Below the pieces are notes generated by a model, which saw nothing but the letters and a program-made list of their open reading frames with translations, did not search any database and was not told where the DNA came from. From the sequence record NZ_CP019209.1: DNA of 64,000 bases; one strand, 5' to 3'. Below, piece after piece: positions 45,575 to 55,602 of this stretch (within the stretch, counting starts at the first letter, position 1; every line of letters starts with the position of its first letter). The stretch is from a plasmid. Made by a program: the position numbers and the translations under genes.

Positions 45575-46671
45575 GCATTCTCATTAGAGAACACTCCCTT
45601 TTTTGTGACTTTTCTGAAGCTAGAGTGAATACTTTCAACTGCATTAGTAGTGTACATGATTTTTCTAATGGCGCTGCCATAATCAAAGAGTTGTTCAACA
45701 TGAGAAAAGTTTCGTTTGCATACATCTACTGCACCAGAATAATGAGACCACCGATTTTGAAAACTGTCGAAGGCAGCGTGTGCAGCGTTTAAAGAAGAAG
45801 CACTGTAGAATTTTTTCATGTCTCGACAGACTTCCTTATAATCCTTACTTGGGAGGTATCGTAACGCATTTCGAACAAGATGAACAATACAGCGCTGCAC
45901 AATGACAGAAGGAAAAATTGCTTTTGCGCCTTCTTTGAGACCGGAAACACCGTCCATCGAAATGAAAAAAACATCTTCTACACCACCTACTTTCAGTTCA
46001 TCAAATACTTGCATCCAGCGATTTTTAGATTCTGTTTGATTGAGCCATAGGCCTAAAATCTCCTTGTTTCCTTTAAGATCATAGCCAAGAATGGTGTACA
46101 CAGCATATTCTTTAGCTTCATAGTTTTCGCGTAAAGTGACGTACATACAATCAACGAATAGAAATGCATAACACTTGGCTAATGGCCGAGCTTGCCATTC
46201 TTCCAATTCAGGAAGGACGGCATCCGTGATATCAGAAATCATTTCGTGGGAAATATCAAAGCCGTAAATATCTTCAACGGTTGCGGCGATATCGCATTGA
46301 CTCATTCCTCGTGCATACATGGAAAGAACCTTACCTTCGATGTCGGAGACATCTCGTTTTCTATTAGGAATCAACTCAGGTTCAAAAGAAGCCTCCCGGT
46401 CTCTGGGAACATCAATGTTTACTTTACCAAAGCTCGTTTTAAGCGTCTTATTGCCATAACCGTTTCGTCGATTGTCATGTTTCTTTGGCTCTTTAGAATG
46501 GGCGTCATACCCTAAATGGTTATTCAATTCTCCTTGAAGCATTTTTTCAAATAAGGGACCAAACACATCTTTTAAAACATCTTGCATATCCTCTACAGAT
46601 TCGGGTTGATAAGTATTCAAAATGGATTCAGCTAACTTCTCAGCATCAGGATTTCTTTTCTTTCTAGCCAT
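45575..46671 (-). pseudogene. IS256-family transposase, C-terminally truncated (probable start MARKKRNPD)
   Basis: The mutator-type DDE transposase body is intact up to KKGVFSNENAQ; after that the ORF continues into IS1182-derived sequence. Confidence 0.8.
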
Positions 46672-46786
46672 CGTGTAATCACCTCTTGATCTTATTTTAG
46701 AAAAATAAAAACCGTGAAGCAACCACCCGCCTAGGATTGATGGTTACTTACACGGTTTATATTACACTCTCATTTTTGGTGCTAAA
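45575..46786 (-). mobile_element. IS256-family IS (IS16/IS1542-like), 3'-truncated by the IS1182 insertion
   Basis: IS256-type left end (rc GAGAGTGTAATATAAACCGTGTAAGTAACC) near 46757-46786. The transposase loses its last ~40 aa at 45575. Confidence 0.7.
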
Positions 46787-46800
46787 AAGCACCGAAAATT

Positions 46801-48177
46801 TTAATTATTGTCAATTAATAATTCTTTTGGATTCCTTCTTAATATATTGAATGAAGAAATAATCAATGATACAAGAAGTACTAAACTCATAAATATAACT
46901 ACATAAATCATGAATTTAGGTAATACATTGATATCTAAACTTGATAATGTCTTGTTAAATCCTTCAGCTTCTGCCCCACCACCTAATTGGCTAGATGCAG
47001 ATTGTTTAGCTATTTGTTTAGCTATATCACCAGTAACCTTATTCAATATATTATTCCCAAGCTTGTCAGCTGTATATTGAGCTAAGAAATAGGAACCAAC
47101 GAATGCGGGGATTGATATAAATACCATCTCAATTAGGAATTGACCAAAAATTTCTAATTTTGATATACCTAATGATAGTAATACTGCTATTTCTTTCTTT
47201 CTAGCATTCATCCATAAGAATAATAATAATGAAACTACAACTCCTGCAAATATTAATGAGCCAAAAAATAATTTATTTGAAATTGAGTAAATACCTGATA
47301 TAGATTGTTGTAATGCAGGGTAATTTGATGAACTTTTAATCAAATTATATTCTCTCCAATTTATATCTAATTTCCCAAGATCTTTTATTACACTATCAAG
47401 ATTCTTATCACCTTTTACAAAGAATGTTGCATCTTGGTATACAGCTGTATCTTCGGTATTACCATAAACTTTAGCAGCTGTATGAATATCAGTGATTAAT
47501 GTATTTTCGTATAGTTCTTGTGCTGCACTTACTCCACCGCTATTATGCCCATCGAATAGACCTTTAATTTCTACTTCTACTGTTTCATCTGCACCTTTCT
47601 CATTATCAGCATCAAATAAATTAGATTTTATTTTTATCTTATCTCCAACTTTAAGGTTATTTTTTTCAGCTAAATCTTTATGCATTAAGATTTTATTTTT
47701 ATCTTCATTTTCTAAATGCTTTCCTTCTACTAATTTATATGCTTCTGATACAAATTTTGTTTCTTTTGTTGAGTCGTTAACCCCAGTTAACATAACTGTT
47801 CTTTTAAAATTCTTTGCTCTTTCAGGTGATTGATTCGCAAGAGTCTCTTGAGTTTCAATAATATCATAATCAACTAAATCTGCAACACTGTTTATTCTTT
47901 TTACATAGGAGTCTATACTATCTGTTTGAGATATCTTTTTAATATCTTCACCTTTTACATTTCCCCCACCTCTAGGTGTTCCTGGATTTACTTGTCTATT
48001 TATCTCCATAGAAAAACTATTTGTTATATTAGCAAATGTTTCTTTTGAAGCTCTGTCCGTAGCATCTTTAATAGATAAACTAATGAGACTTAAAGTTGAC
48101 ATAGATAAAATAACTAATATGATAATTAATGATTTTAAACTTTTTCTAGTTACATAAGCAAATGCATTTTTTATCAT
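46801..48177 (-). CDS. FtsX-like ABC permease (MacB/LolE-type; 458 aa), AT-rich
   Basis: N-terminal TM, ~270-aa extracytoplasmic domain, 3 C-terminal TM. Confidence 0.8.
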   Translation of the reverse strand: MIKNAFAYVTRKSLKSLIIILVILSMSTLSLISLSIKDATDRASKETFANITNSFSMEINRQVNPGTPRGGGNVKGEDIKKISQTDSIDSYVKRINSVADLVDYDIIETQETLANQSPERAKNFKRTVMLTGVNDSTKETKFVSEAYKLVEGKHLENEDKNKILMHKDLAEKNNLKVGDKIKIKSNLFDADNEKGADETVEVEIKGLFDGHNSGGVSAAQELYENTLITDIHTAAKVYGNTEDTAVYQDATFFVKGDKNLDSVIKDLGKLDINWREYNLIKSSSNYPALQQSISGIYSISNKLFFGSLIFAGVVVSLLLFLWMNARKKEIAVLLSLGISKLEIFGQFLIEMVFISIPAFVGSYFLAQYTADKLGNNILNKVTGDIAKQIAKQSASSQLGGGAEAEGFNKTLSSLDINVLPKFMIYVVIFMSLVLLVSLIISSFNILRRNPKELLIDNN

Positions 48178-48833
48178 TATTCAACCTCCAAATTCATTTT
48201 ATTTACTTTTTTCAACTTTTTACCACTTAGTTCTAAAATGATATCCGCAGAATCTGCTACTTCCTTACTATGTGTTACAACTATTACACATTTATTTCTA
48301 TCTTTAGCTAATGTCTTTAATATATTAATTATTTCTCCAGCAGTAACACTGTCTAGATTACCAGTAGGCTCATCAGCTAGTATTATTGGAGCATCTGATA
48401 CCAATGCTCTAGCAATAGCTACTCTTTGTTGCTGTCCACCAGATAATTTCATAACATTTCTTTTTATTTGTTTTTTATCTAAACCTAGTTCAAACAAGAT
48501 ACTTTCATCTGCTGATTTATTTACTAATCTAATATTTTCAATTGGTGATAAATAATCTATTAAATTATAGTTTTGAAATACTAAAGATATATTATTTTTT
48601 CTATGATTACTATATCCTTTATTTTGTATATCTTCATTCTTAAACAATATTTTTCCTGTTTGAGGTTTATCAAGTCCAGCAAGTAAGGAAAGAAGTGTAG
48701 ATTTTCCTGTTCCTGACTTTCCTACTATCGCATAAAACTTCCCAAGTTCAAATTTTTGATTTACTCCTGACAAAACTTTTTCTTTAGAATTTGCATAACT
48801 ATATGCTACATTCTTTATTTCTAATATATCCAT
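48177..48833 (-). CDS. ABC transporter ATP-binding protein (LolD/MacB-type; 218 aa)
   Basis: Walker A GKSGTGKSTLL, signature LSGGQQQRVAIARAL, Walker B ILADEPTGNLD. Confidence 0.9.
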   Translation of the reverse strand: MDILEIKNVAYSYANSKEKVLSGVNQKFELGKFYAIVGKSGTGKSTLLSLLAGLDKPQTGKILFKNEDIQNKGYSNHRKNNISLVFQNYNLIDYLSPIENIRLVNKSADESILFELGLDKKQIKRNVMKLSGGQQQRVAIARALVSDAPIILADEPTGNLDSVTAGEIINILKTLAKDRNKCVIVVTHSKEVADSADIILELSGKKLKKVNKMNLEVE

Positions 48834-48842
48834 TATTTTCTC

Positions 48843-50120
48843 CTAACTTATTTTTGATAAGATTTCTTTAGGCTTCTTGATTAACATTAATGAAGAAGCA
48901 AATACAACTGATAAAACAATAATACTTATTAATATTAAATAACTTTGTCCAAGTGTTGTTATATTTGACATAAAACTACTATTATTTATTAAACTTCCAC
49001 CGGAAATCATTGAATCCTCTGAGTTAATGAATCCATCTACAATTACTTTTAGTAATACATTTCCTAAAAATAAGGAAGATATTATACTTGGTATCGATAT
49101 GAATATTAACTCGAATATAAATTGCATTATAATTTGTATCTTAGATGTTCCAATAGATAAGAATATACCTATTTCATAAATTCTTTCCCTTAACCATAGA
49201 ATCAAGATTAATGAAAGAACAACCATCCCACCTAACATAATAGAATAAGTCATTACTTTTATTATATATTTTATTCCACTCACTGACTCTAAAGACTCTT
49301 CAAACGCATTAGAATCTTTTTCAACAAAATACTTTGACTCATCAATTTTAAGCTCTTTCAATTTGTTTAAGGCTAAGTCTGTAGATTCTGCACTACCAGA
49401 ATACATTAAAATTTTATTTGCAATTTCATTATTTTCTGAATTATTTAATATCTCTTGGCTTGTTGAATAATCTACAAACACCATATTTTCACTAAAATCA
49501 GAAGATAATCCTGTATATGTTTCCTGTTTTTTACCAGAAAAGATCCCTATAATTTTAAATTTATGACTTTTTATTTTTCCACTTTTTTCAATATCTAGTA
49601 ATTCAAGATCAACTTCATCACCTAATTTTAGATTGTTTTGTTTAGCAAATTCTTCATGAACAATAATTGAATTCTTATCATTTTCTTCTATATTTTTACC
49701 TTCTTTAATTGTAAATACTCCACTACTAAATAAAATATTTCTTTTAGTATTATTTGTAGCTTCGAGTGAAACAACATTCTTAAATTCGTCAGATAAATCT
49801 TCTCTATTTATTCTTTGTTCTCCGCTAACTACTTTAGCATCTTTTAGTTTTGCTAATCCATCATATTGAATTATTTTTTCTTCAATTTCTTTTAATTTTT
49901 CAATATCTTTAAATTGATTAACATTAAAATATTTACCATCTTTTTTTGTTATTGATATTGAAGAATTAGAACTTTCATATAAAGCCTTTTCTATTTCATT
50001 GCTTGATTTCATTATTGTTAAACAAGAATACAAGCAAGAAAGAACTATAGTTAATATGATAAAAATTATTAAAGTTCTATTTTTCTTTCTTGTAATATAT
50101 GCTATAGCATTTTTTATCAC
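48843..50120 (-). CDS. FtsX-like ABC permease (LolC-type; 425 aa), AT-rich
   Basis: Same 1+3 TM topology with a large extracytoplasmic domain. With 46801..48833 it forms a permease-ATPase-permease triplet. Confidence 0.8.
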   Translation of the reverse strand: MIKNAIAYITRKKNRTLIIFIILTIVLSCLYSCLTIMKSSNEIEKALYESSNSSISITKKDGKYFNVNQFKDIEKLKEIEEKIIQYDGLAKLKDAKVVSGEQRINREDLSDEFKNVVSLEATNNTKRNILFSSGVFTIKEGKNIEENDKNSIIVHEEFAKQNNLKLGDEVDLELLDIEKSGKIKSHKFKIIGIFSGKKQETYTGLSSDFSENMVFVDYSTSQEILNNSENNEIANKILMYSGSAESTDLALNKLKELKIDESKYFVEKDSNAFEESLESVSGIKYIIKVMTYSIMLGGMVVLSLILILWLRERIYEIGIFLSIGTSKIQIIMQFIFELIFISIPSIISSLFLGNVLLKVIVDGFINSEDSMISGGSLINNSSFMSNITTLGQSYLILISIIVLSVVFASSLMLIKKPKEILSKIS

Positions 50121-50138
50121 TTTCCTAACTACTCCTCT

Positions 50139-50295
50139 CTATTTTCTTACTCCATAACTAATTGCATCCACTGGACAAGCATTTTTACATCGTCCACATC
50201 TGATACACTCCAGATGATTGCAATTCTCAACTGAATCTTTATTCATTTGGCAAACTTTTTTACATTTTCCACAATTAATACACTTATCCTTATCC
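50139..50295 (-). pseudogene. C-terminal fragment of a 2x[4Fe-4S] ferredoxin-domain protein, 5'-truncated by IS3
   Basis: Minus-strand translation ...DKDKCINCGKCKKVCQMNKDSVENCNHLECIRCGRCKNACPVDAISYGVRK* shows two CxxCxxCxxxC(P) clusters. It begins exactly at the IS3 left end. Confidence 0.55.
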
Positions 50296-50369
50296 TGAAT
50301 CGGCTACACTAGACTAGACAGAAAAAATAAGGTGTGTAGAATAATAAAAAACACACTGGAGGATTTTTC

Positions 50370-50660
50370 ATGCCAAGACGTCAACGAAGAACCTATTCAA
50401 AAGAATTCAAACAACAAATCGTCGATCTCTATCTCGCTGGTAAGCCTCGCGCAGAAATTATTCGAGAGTATGAGCTTACGCCTTCTTCTTTCGATAAATG
50501 GATGAAGCAAGCACAATCAACGGGCTCATTCAAAGAAAGAGACAACTTAACACCAGAACAAGCAGAATTGATCGCACTAAGAAAGAAAAATAAGCAACTC
50601 GAAATGGAGAATGATATTTTAAAGCAAGCGGCGCTGATATTCGGACGAAAAGACAAGTAA
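50370..50660 (+). CDS. IS3-family OrfA (HTH, leucine zipper; 96 aa)
   Basis: Typical IS3 OrfA (RRTYSKEFKQQIVDLYLAGK...LKKQLEMENDILKQA). Confidence 0.85.
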   Translation: MPRRQRRTYSKEFKQQIVDLYLAGKPRAEIIREYELTPSSFDKWMKQAQSTGSFKERDNLTPEQAELIALRKKNKQLEMENDILKQAALIFGRKDK

Positions 50661-50695
50661 TTGATGCCAACAAGCATAAATATTCCATATCAGCG

Positions 50696-51532
50696 ATGTG
50701 CAAAATTCTAAATATTTCTCGTCAGACCTACTATTATCAAGCGAAACCGATCGAAAATGAGTCCGACTTAGAAGAGATCGTTCAGGAAGAGTTTATTCGA
50801 AACCGAAAGGCTTACGGTACCCGAAAATTGAAGAAGTGTTTAGCAAAGCGTGGGCTTCAACTCAGTCGGCGCCGAATCGGTCGAATCATGAAACGCCGCG
50901 GATTGACATCTACCTATACGATCGCTCATTTTAAAGGGCAACGAACAGCTTGTAATGAAGCGAAAACAGCGAATGTATTAGATCGGACCTTTACACAAGA
51001 ACAGCCATTGGAAGCCATCGTTACGGATCTTACTTATGTTCGCGTGGGGAAAAAGTGGCATTATATCTGCTTAATACTTGATTTGTTTAATCGAGAAATT
51101 ATTGGTTATTCCTGTGGTGAGAAGAAAGATGCCTCATTGGTAAAAGAAGCCTTTGGACGGATACCGTATTCTTTAACAGACGTCAAGCTTTTTCATACAG
51201 ACCGGGGAAAGGAATTTGATAACCAAACCATTCATGAGATTCTGAATGGTTTTGGAATTACTCGTTCATTGAGTAGGAAGGGTTGTCCGTATGATAATGC
51301 CGTTGTGGAATCAACCTATAAATCTGTCAAAGTAGAATTCGTGCATCAATACCAATTTGAGACACTGGCACAGCTACGTCTAGAATTGTTTGATTATGTG
51401 CATTGGTGGAACTATCTACGCTTACATGGCACGTTGGCGTATGAAACACCGATCCAAATTCGACAACAGAGATTGGCGAAGCGAATCCTTGATAATGAGC
51501 GCGGATCTGATACCTCTGGAGAGGCAGCGTAA
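50696..51532 (+). CDS. IS3-family OrfB integrase-core (278 aa from the ATG; the frame opens upstream for OrfAB fusion)
   Basis: rve-type DDE region (...TDLTYV...HTDRGKEF...); the -1 frame is open from ~50641. Confidence 0.85.
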   Translation: MCKILNISRQTYYYQAKPIENESDLEEIVQEEFIRNRKAYGTRKLKKCLAKRGLQLSRRRIGRIMKRRGLTSTYTIAHFKGQRTACNEAKTANVLDRTFTQEQPLEAIVTDLTYVRVGKKWHYICLILDLFNREIIGYSCGEKKDASLVKEAFGRIPYSLTDVKLFHTDRGKEFDNQTIHEILNGFGITRSLSRKGCPYDNAVVESTYKSVKVEFVHQYQFETLAQLRLELFDYVHWWNYLRLHGTLAYETPIQIRQQRLAKRILDNERGSDTSGEAA

Positions 51533-51561
51533 TTGAATGATTGTGCTTCTGCCGGAGAAAA

Positions 51562-52011
51562 TCAGATCCGAGGATGCTCATTGTCAAGGGCAATCGTAGC
51601 CATAACACCGCAGCATTCACAACACCTTATAATTTTTGTCAAAAAAAGTGTTGCCATTCCATCTGGCATTAAGAAAGGATATGAAGCCTTTGTCTTTTCA
51701 TGTATTAACTTTGACTTTTCAATTGCTTCCTTGTTTTCACCGTTATCATCAACAGGATCTGTAACAACTCCAACGATATTTACACCCTTGCTTTTCATTT
51801 CATTCTGAACCTCAACCAAATCAGGAATTTCCTTTACACAAGCTGTACACCAAGTTGCAAATACATTTACCATAGTAAGATCATACTTCTCAAAATCTTT
51901 ACTTGTAAAATCCTTGCCATTTATGTCCTTTGTTGGTAGTTTACGTAAATCTTTAACCGATTCTTTGTTAAATGCTTCTGTATTTTCTAAATCAGTTTTT
52001 TCTGATAGCAC
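51562..52011 (-). CDS. TlpA/ResA-like thiol-disulfide oxidoreductase (thioredoxin fold, WCTAC), C-terminus fused to the IS3 end
   Basis: ATWCTACVKEIPDLVEVQNE...VNIVGV. The last ~25 residues (RCCECCGVMATIALDNEHPRI) are encoded by IS3 terminal sequence. Probable GTG start. Confidence 0.65.
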   Translation of the reverse strand: MLSEKTDLENTEAFNKESVKDLRKLPTKDINGKDFTSKDFEKYDLTMVNVFATWCTACVKEIPDLVEVQNEMKSKGVNIVGVVTDPVDDNGENKEAIEKSKLIHEKTKASYPFLMPDGMATLFLTKIIRCCECCGVMATIALDNEHPRI

Positions 52012-52166
52012 AAAACCATTTTTAGGACGTTCTTTTTTATCTATAATTTGAATCTCAGTTCTTTTTAATTCATCCAGAAGATTACTTTCAGCTCCGCTAT
52101 TTGTGCTTAAATAGCAATCGTATTTTCCATCACTTGAAACTCCTATTTTAGTATGAGTATCACATT

Positions 52167-52718
52167 TTATAATTTTAGATTTTTTTCTTCTGATGTATTT
52201 TTTTCAAATATACCAATAGTCCCAATTCTTTCAAGCTCATTTTGCCAATTTTTATATCCATCGCCCATCTTTTCTATAACTGCATTCTTTTGTTCTTCTG
52301 TCATTTTCTCAAATGTCAAAATAGCATACTTTAGTTCTTTATCTATAGGACTTTGATCATCTAACATCGCTATCTTTTTATCAGCTATATAATTTCTAAA
52401 TTTGTCTGAGAGTTTAAATTTAAGCCCTAAATATTCATAAACATATTCTTTCTTTGCCTCCAATGTATAATCTGATGGCTTAAAAGTTTCATTTTTGCCA
52501 TTTGCATTAATTGACATGCCTTCCTCTTCAGAACTTATGGATTGTCCTTCTTTTATTTTATTGTTTTCATTACTTTTTTGACACCCAACTGCGCTTAAGC
52601 TCAAACATAATGCAAGTAATAGGCATGCTCCTCTTGGTACTATTTTTTCATAAATTATTCCTCCTTTATTTTTTACACAATAGCATTTTATAGCTACTTT
52701 CAATAACATTCTACACAC
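52167..52718 (-). CDS. Lipoprotein of unknown function (183-aa ORF; lipobox LSAVGC)
   Basis: Signal and lipobox ...LLLALCLSLSAVGC, then a K/E-rich mature domain; upstream of and co-directional with the TlpA-like gene. Confidence 0.55.
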   Translation of the reverse strand: MCRMLLKVAIKCYCVKNKGGIIYEKIVPRGACLLLALCLSLSAVGCQKSNENNKIKEGQSISSEEEGMSINANGKNETFKPSDYTLEAKKEYVYEYLGLKFKLSDKFRNYIADKKIAMLDDQSPIDKELKYAILTFEKMTEEQKNAVIEKMGDGYKNWQNELERIGTIGIFEKNTSEEKNLKL

Positions 52719-52874
52719 CTTTTATGAAACGTTGATGAAATATAATTTTTTATTTTTCCAAACTATGGTATAACAATATAAGTATTATGCTTAAAGTTGT
52801 TCTTACACGATTAGTATATGATCGATTAATATATGAGCAAGCACAGTAAGTGTACGGACACTTACGAAAAAATT

Positions 52875-52906
52875 GATGAAGCAGCCCTTTGGGATCTGCT
52901 TCATCA
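52875..52906 (-). terminator. Rho-independent terminator (GATGAAGCAG-N11-CTGCTTCATC with a T-run on the minus strand)
   Basis: 10-bp perfect stem; on the minus strand it is followed by AATTTTTTCG. Confidence 0.5.
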
Positions 52907-52983
52907 ATTTGAATCGGCTACACTAGACTAGACAGAAAAAATAAGGTGTGTAGAATAATAAAAAACACACTGGAGGATTTTTC

Positions 52984-53274
52984 ATGTCAAGACGTCAACG
53001 AAGAACCTATTCAAAAGAATTCAAACAACAAATCGTCGATCTCTATCTCGCTGGTAAGCCTCGCGCAGAAATTATTCGAGAGTATGAGCTTACGCCTTCT
53101 TCTTTCGATAAATGGATGAAGCAAGCACAATCAACGGGCTCATTCAAAGAAAGAGACAACTTAACACCAGAACAAGCAGAATTGATCGCACTAAGAAAGA
53201 AAAATAAGCAACTCGAAATGGAGAATGATATTTTAAAGCAAGCGGCGCTGATATTCGGACGAAAAGACAAGTAA
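52984..53274 (+). CDS. IS3-family OrfA (copy 2)
   Basis: Identical to 50370..50660 except for residue 2. Confidence 0.85.
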   Translation: MSRRQRRTYSKEFKQQIVDLYLAGKPRAEIIREYELTPSSFDKWMKQAQSTGSFKERDNLTPEQAELIALRKKNKQLEMENDILKQAALIFGRKDK

Positions 53275-53309
53275 TTGATGCCAACAAGCATAAATATTCC
53301 ATATCAGCG

Positions 53310-53628
53310 ATGTGCAAAATTCTAAATATTTCTCGTCAAACCTACTATTATCAAGCGAAACCGATCGAAAATGAGTCCGACTTAGAAGAGATCGTTCAGG
53401 AAGAGTTTATTCGAAACCGAAAGGCTTACGGTACCCGAAAATTGAAGAAGTGTTTAGCAAAGTGTGGGCTTCAATTCAGTCGGCGCCGGATCGGTCGAAT
53501 CATGAAACGCCGCGGATTGACATCTACCTATACGATCGCTCATTTTAAAGGGCAACGAACAGCTTGTAATGAAGCGAAAACAGCGAATGTATTAGATCGG
53601 ACCTTTACACAAGAACAGCCATTGGAAG
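53310..53628 (+). pseudogene. IS3-family OrfB, truncated after ~106 aa
   Basis: Collinear with copy 1 up to ...TFTQEQPLE, then IS1216 IR sequence. Confidence 0.85.
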
Positions 53629-54437
53629 GGTTCTGTTGCAAAGTTTTAAATCTACTATCAGATAAGGTAGAATAATAGAAAAAGATAGCAGGAGGAATGA
53701 CGATGAGTCATTTTAAAGGAAAGCAATTTCAGCAGGATGTGATTATTGTAGCCGTGGGCTACTATCTTCGTTATAACCTTAGCTATCGTGAAGTTCAAGA
53801 AATCTTATATGATCGTGGCATTAACGTTTCTCATACGACGATTTATCGTTGGGTGCAAGAATATGGCAAACTACTCTATCAAATTTGGAAAAAGAAAAAT
53901 AAAAAATCCTTTTATTCATGGAAAATGGATGAAACGTACATCAAAATTAAAGGAAAATGGCATTATTTGTATCGAGCCATCGATGCAGATGGTTTAACCT
54001 TGGATATTTGGTTACGTAAAAAACGGGACACACAAGCAGCCTATGCTTTTCTTAAACGGTTAGTGAAGCAGTTTGATGAACCGAAGGTTGTAGTCACAGA
54101 TAAAGCCCCCTCTATTACAAGTGCCTTTAAGAAACTAAAAGAATACGGCTTTTATCAAGGGACAGAACATCGTACCATTAAATACCTGAATAATTTGATT
54201 GAACAAGACCATCGTCCAGTAAAGAGACGCAATAAATTCTATCGAAGTTTACGCACTGCCTCTACCACGATTAAAGGCATGGAAGCCATTCGAGGATTAT
54301 ATAAGAAAACCCGAAAAGAAGGCACTCTCTTCGGGTTTTCGGTCTGTACTGAAATCAAGGTATTATTGGGAATCCCAGCTTAAATCATAGATACCGTAAG
54401 GGATTTTATTCTTTATTTAAAACTTTGCAACAGAACC
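53629..54437 (+). mobile_element. IS1216 (IS6 family), complete; direct orientation relative to the 10461 copy
   Basis: IRL at 53629, IRR ending at 54437, and a 226-aa Tnp. Confidence 0.9.
53697..54383 (+). CDS. tnp: IS1216 transposase
   Basis: 228-aa ORF (possible start 2 codons upstream of the usual MNHF). Confidence 0.9.
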   Translation: MTMSHFKGKQFQQDVIIVAVGYYLRYNLSYREVQEILYDRGINVSHTTIYRWVQEYGKLLYQIWKKKNKKSFYSWKMDETYIKIKGKWHYLYRAIDADGLTLDIWLRKKRDTQAAYAFLKRLVKQFDEPKVVVTDKAPSITSAFKKLKEYGFYQGTEHRTIKYLNNLIEQDHRPVKRRNKFYRSLRTASTTIKGMEAIRGLYKKTRKEGTLFGFSVCTEIKVLLGIPA

Positions 54438-54794
54438 ATTAAATGTTCTTACTGCCTCTTCCACACTAATTTCTTCGTTCAATTTCACTAATAATACTTG
54501 ATCTCGCTTATTATAATCGCTTTCATTTATCCTAAGAGTCAAATCTTTTTCCACCATAACTTTTACACCCAATAAATTTTGCGGTTTATTTTTCTCTGTT
54601 GAAATTCTTTGTGTAGCCTTTAAACTGACAATTAGCTCATTGGGTACATACTCTATTTGAGAGTCATCTAATTGGCTCATAATCCTTTCTTTTTGGTTAG
54701 TATCTGCAGTTACTTGTTTAGTATGAGCCATGAACCCAAACATACTCACCCCAACAACCAATCCTAAATATATTTTCTTTTTAAACTTTTTCAT
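54438..54794 (-). pseudogene. N-terminal fragment of a secreted protein (signal peptide plus a subtilase-propeptide-like region), 3'-truncated by IS1216
   Basis: MKKFKKKIYLGLVVGVSMFGFMAHT signal; the ORF ends inside the IS1216 IRR. Confidence 0.5.
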
Positions 54795-54993
54795 CTACAT
54801 CTCCTCCTAATAGTTTTATTTTAGAGTTAGCTCTATTACTTATTTACTAACTCAACAACAGATTATCATACACTTGTTAATGAAATCACAATATCTCATT
54901 AAAACACACCCTAAAATCATAACCGTTCCTATGCTCATTTTTTGGATTTTTTAATCACGTAACCAGAAAAATAAATCCCCTCTATTTCACGCA

Positions 54994-55052
54994 AATCAAA
55001 GAAGAACTAAGTAACTACCGTTTAAAGGTAGTTACTTAGTTCTTCTTTGATT
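54994..55052. repeat. Perfect 26-bp-arm palindrome containing GTAACTACC / GGTAGTTAC, abutting the parB-like stop codon
   Basis: AATCAAAGAAGAACTAAGTAACTACC-gtttaaa-GGTAGTTACTTAGTTCTTCTTTGATT. It shares the GTA(A)CTACC motif with the repeats upstream of parA. Confidence 0.8.
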
Positions 55053-55053
55053 A

Positions 55054-55602
55054 TTATCTAACTTTATTATTCATTCCCCACCCTTTGCGCAGTGAGTCTT
55101 CGGTATCTTGTTTTATCTGACTGGTAGTTCTTATTATTTCTCCACGATCATCTAATTCTGGAACAATTGGATATTTTTCTCTGAACAAGTCTAGTTCTTT
55201 CACCACGTCATTAAACAAATCTTGCTTATCTTCTTGCGTAAGATTCTGTTTAATATACTCATCTAAAGCTTTTCTAAGCAATTCATCTCTTGTCATATTA
55301 GTCTCATACTTTTCTACTAAAACTCTGGAAGTCGCATTTAACAAAGTCGACAGTTTTAAAGGATGCTTGGTGGAATAAACCTTATCAAACTTTCTGATTG
55401 GTGCGCCAACTTTTTTTGTTCTTCCTCTACTCTGTCTTTCAACATTGGAGGAAGTTTTTATTTCTTGAACTTGGTGCACTTCTAATTGCTTATTTTCAGA
55501 TGGTGTAATTGCTTGCTGCTTTTTCTTTGCTTCTGCTTCTTTTTTTATTTTGGCGAGTCCTTTGTTGTTCCCAAAAATATCAAGTCCTTTGATGTCAGCC
55601 AA
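55054..55602 (-). CDS. Plasmid partition centromere-binding protein (ParB/ParR-like, 182 aa)
   Basis: Immediately downstream of parA, K/E-rich, helical C-terminus; the position and size fit a type Ib partner. Confidence 0.55.
   Translation of the reverse strand: MADIKGLDIFGNNKGLAKIKKEAEAKKKQQAITPSENKQLEVHQVQEIKTSSNVERQSRGRTKKVGAPIRKFDKVYSTKHPLKLSTLLNATSRVLVEKYETNMTRDELLRKALDEYIKQNLTQEDKQDLFNDVVKELDLFREKYPIVPELDDRGEIIRTTSQIKQDTEDSLRKGWGMNNKVR

Larger units (their letters stand above)
50296..51619 (+). mobile_element. IS3-family IS, copy 1
   Basis: Left end TGAATCGGCTACACTAGACTAGACAG; orfA/orfB with a -1 frameshift-type overlap (A AAA G at ~50645). Right end is inferred from where the neighbouring TlpA-like ORF becomes IS-derived. 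Confidence 0.7.
52910..53628 (+). mobile_element. IS3-family IS, copy 2, 3'-truncated by an IS1216 insertion
   Basis: Identical left end and orfA. orfB is cut at 53628, where the IS1216 IRL begins. Confidence 0.85.

Noticed and set aside
50139-52011. Hypothesis that the ferredoxin fragment and the TlpA-like gene are two halves of one gene split by IS3 copy 1
   Set aside because: The IS flanks show no matching 3-4 bp duplication. A thioredoxin-fold plus 2x[4Fe-4S] fusion is not a known architecture, and TlpA homologues end a few residues after the junction. IS-associated deletion is more likely.
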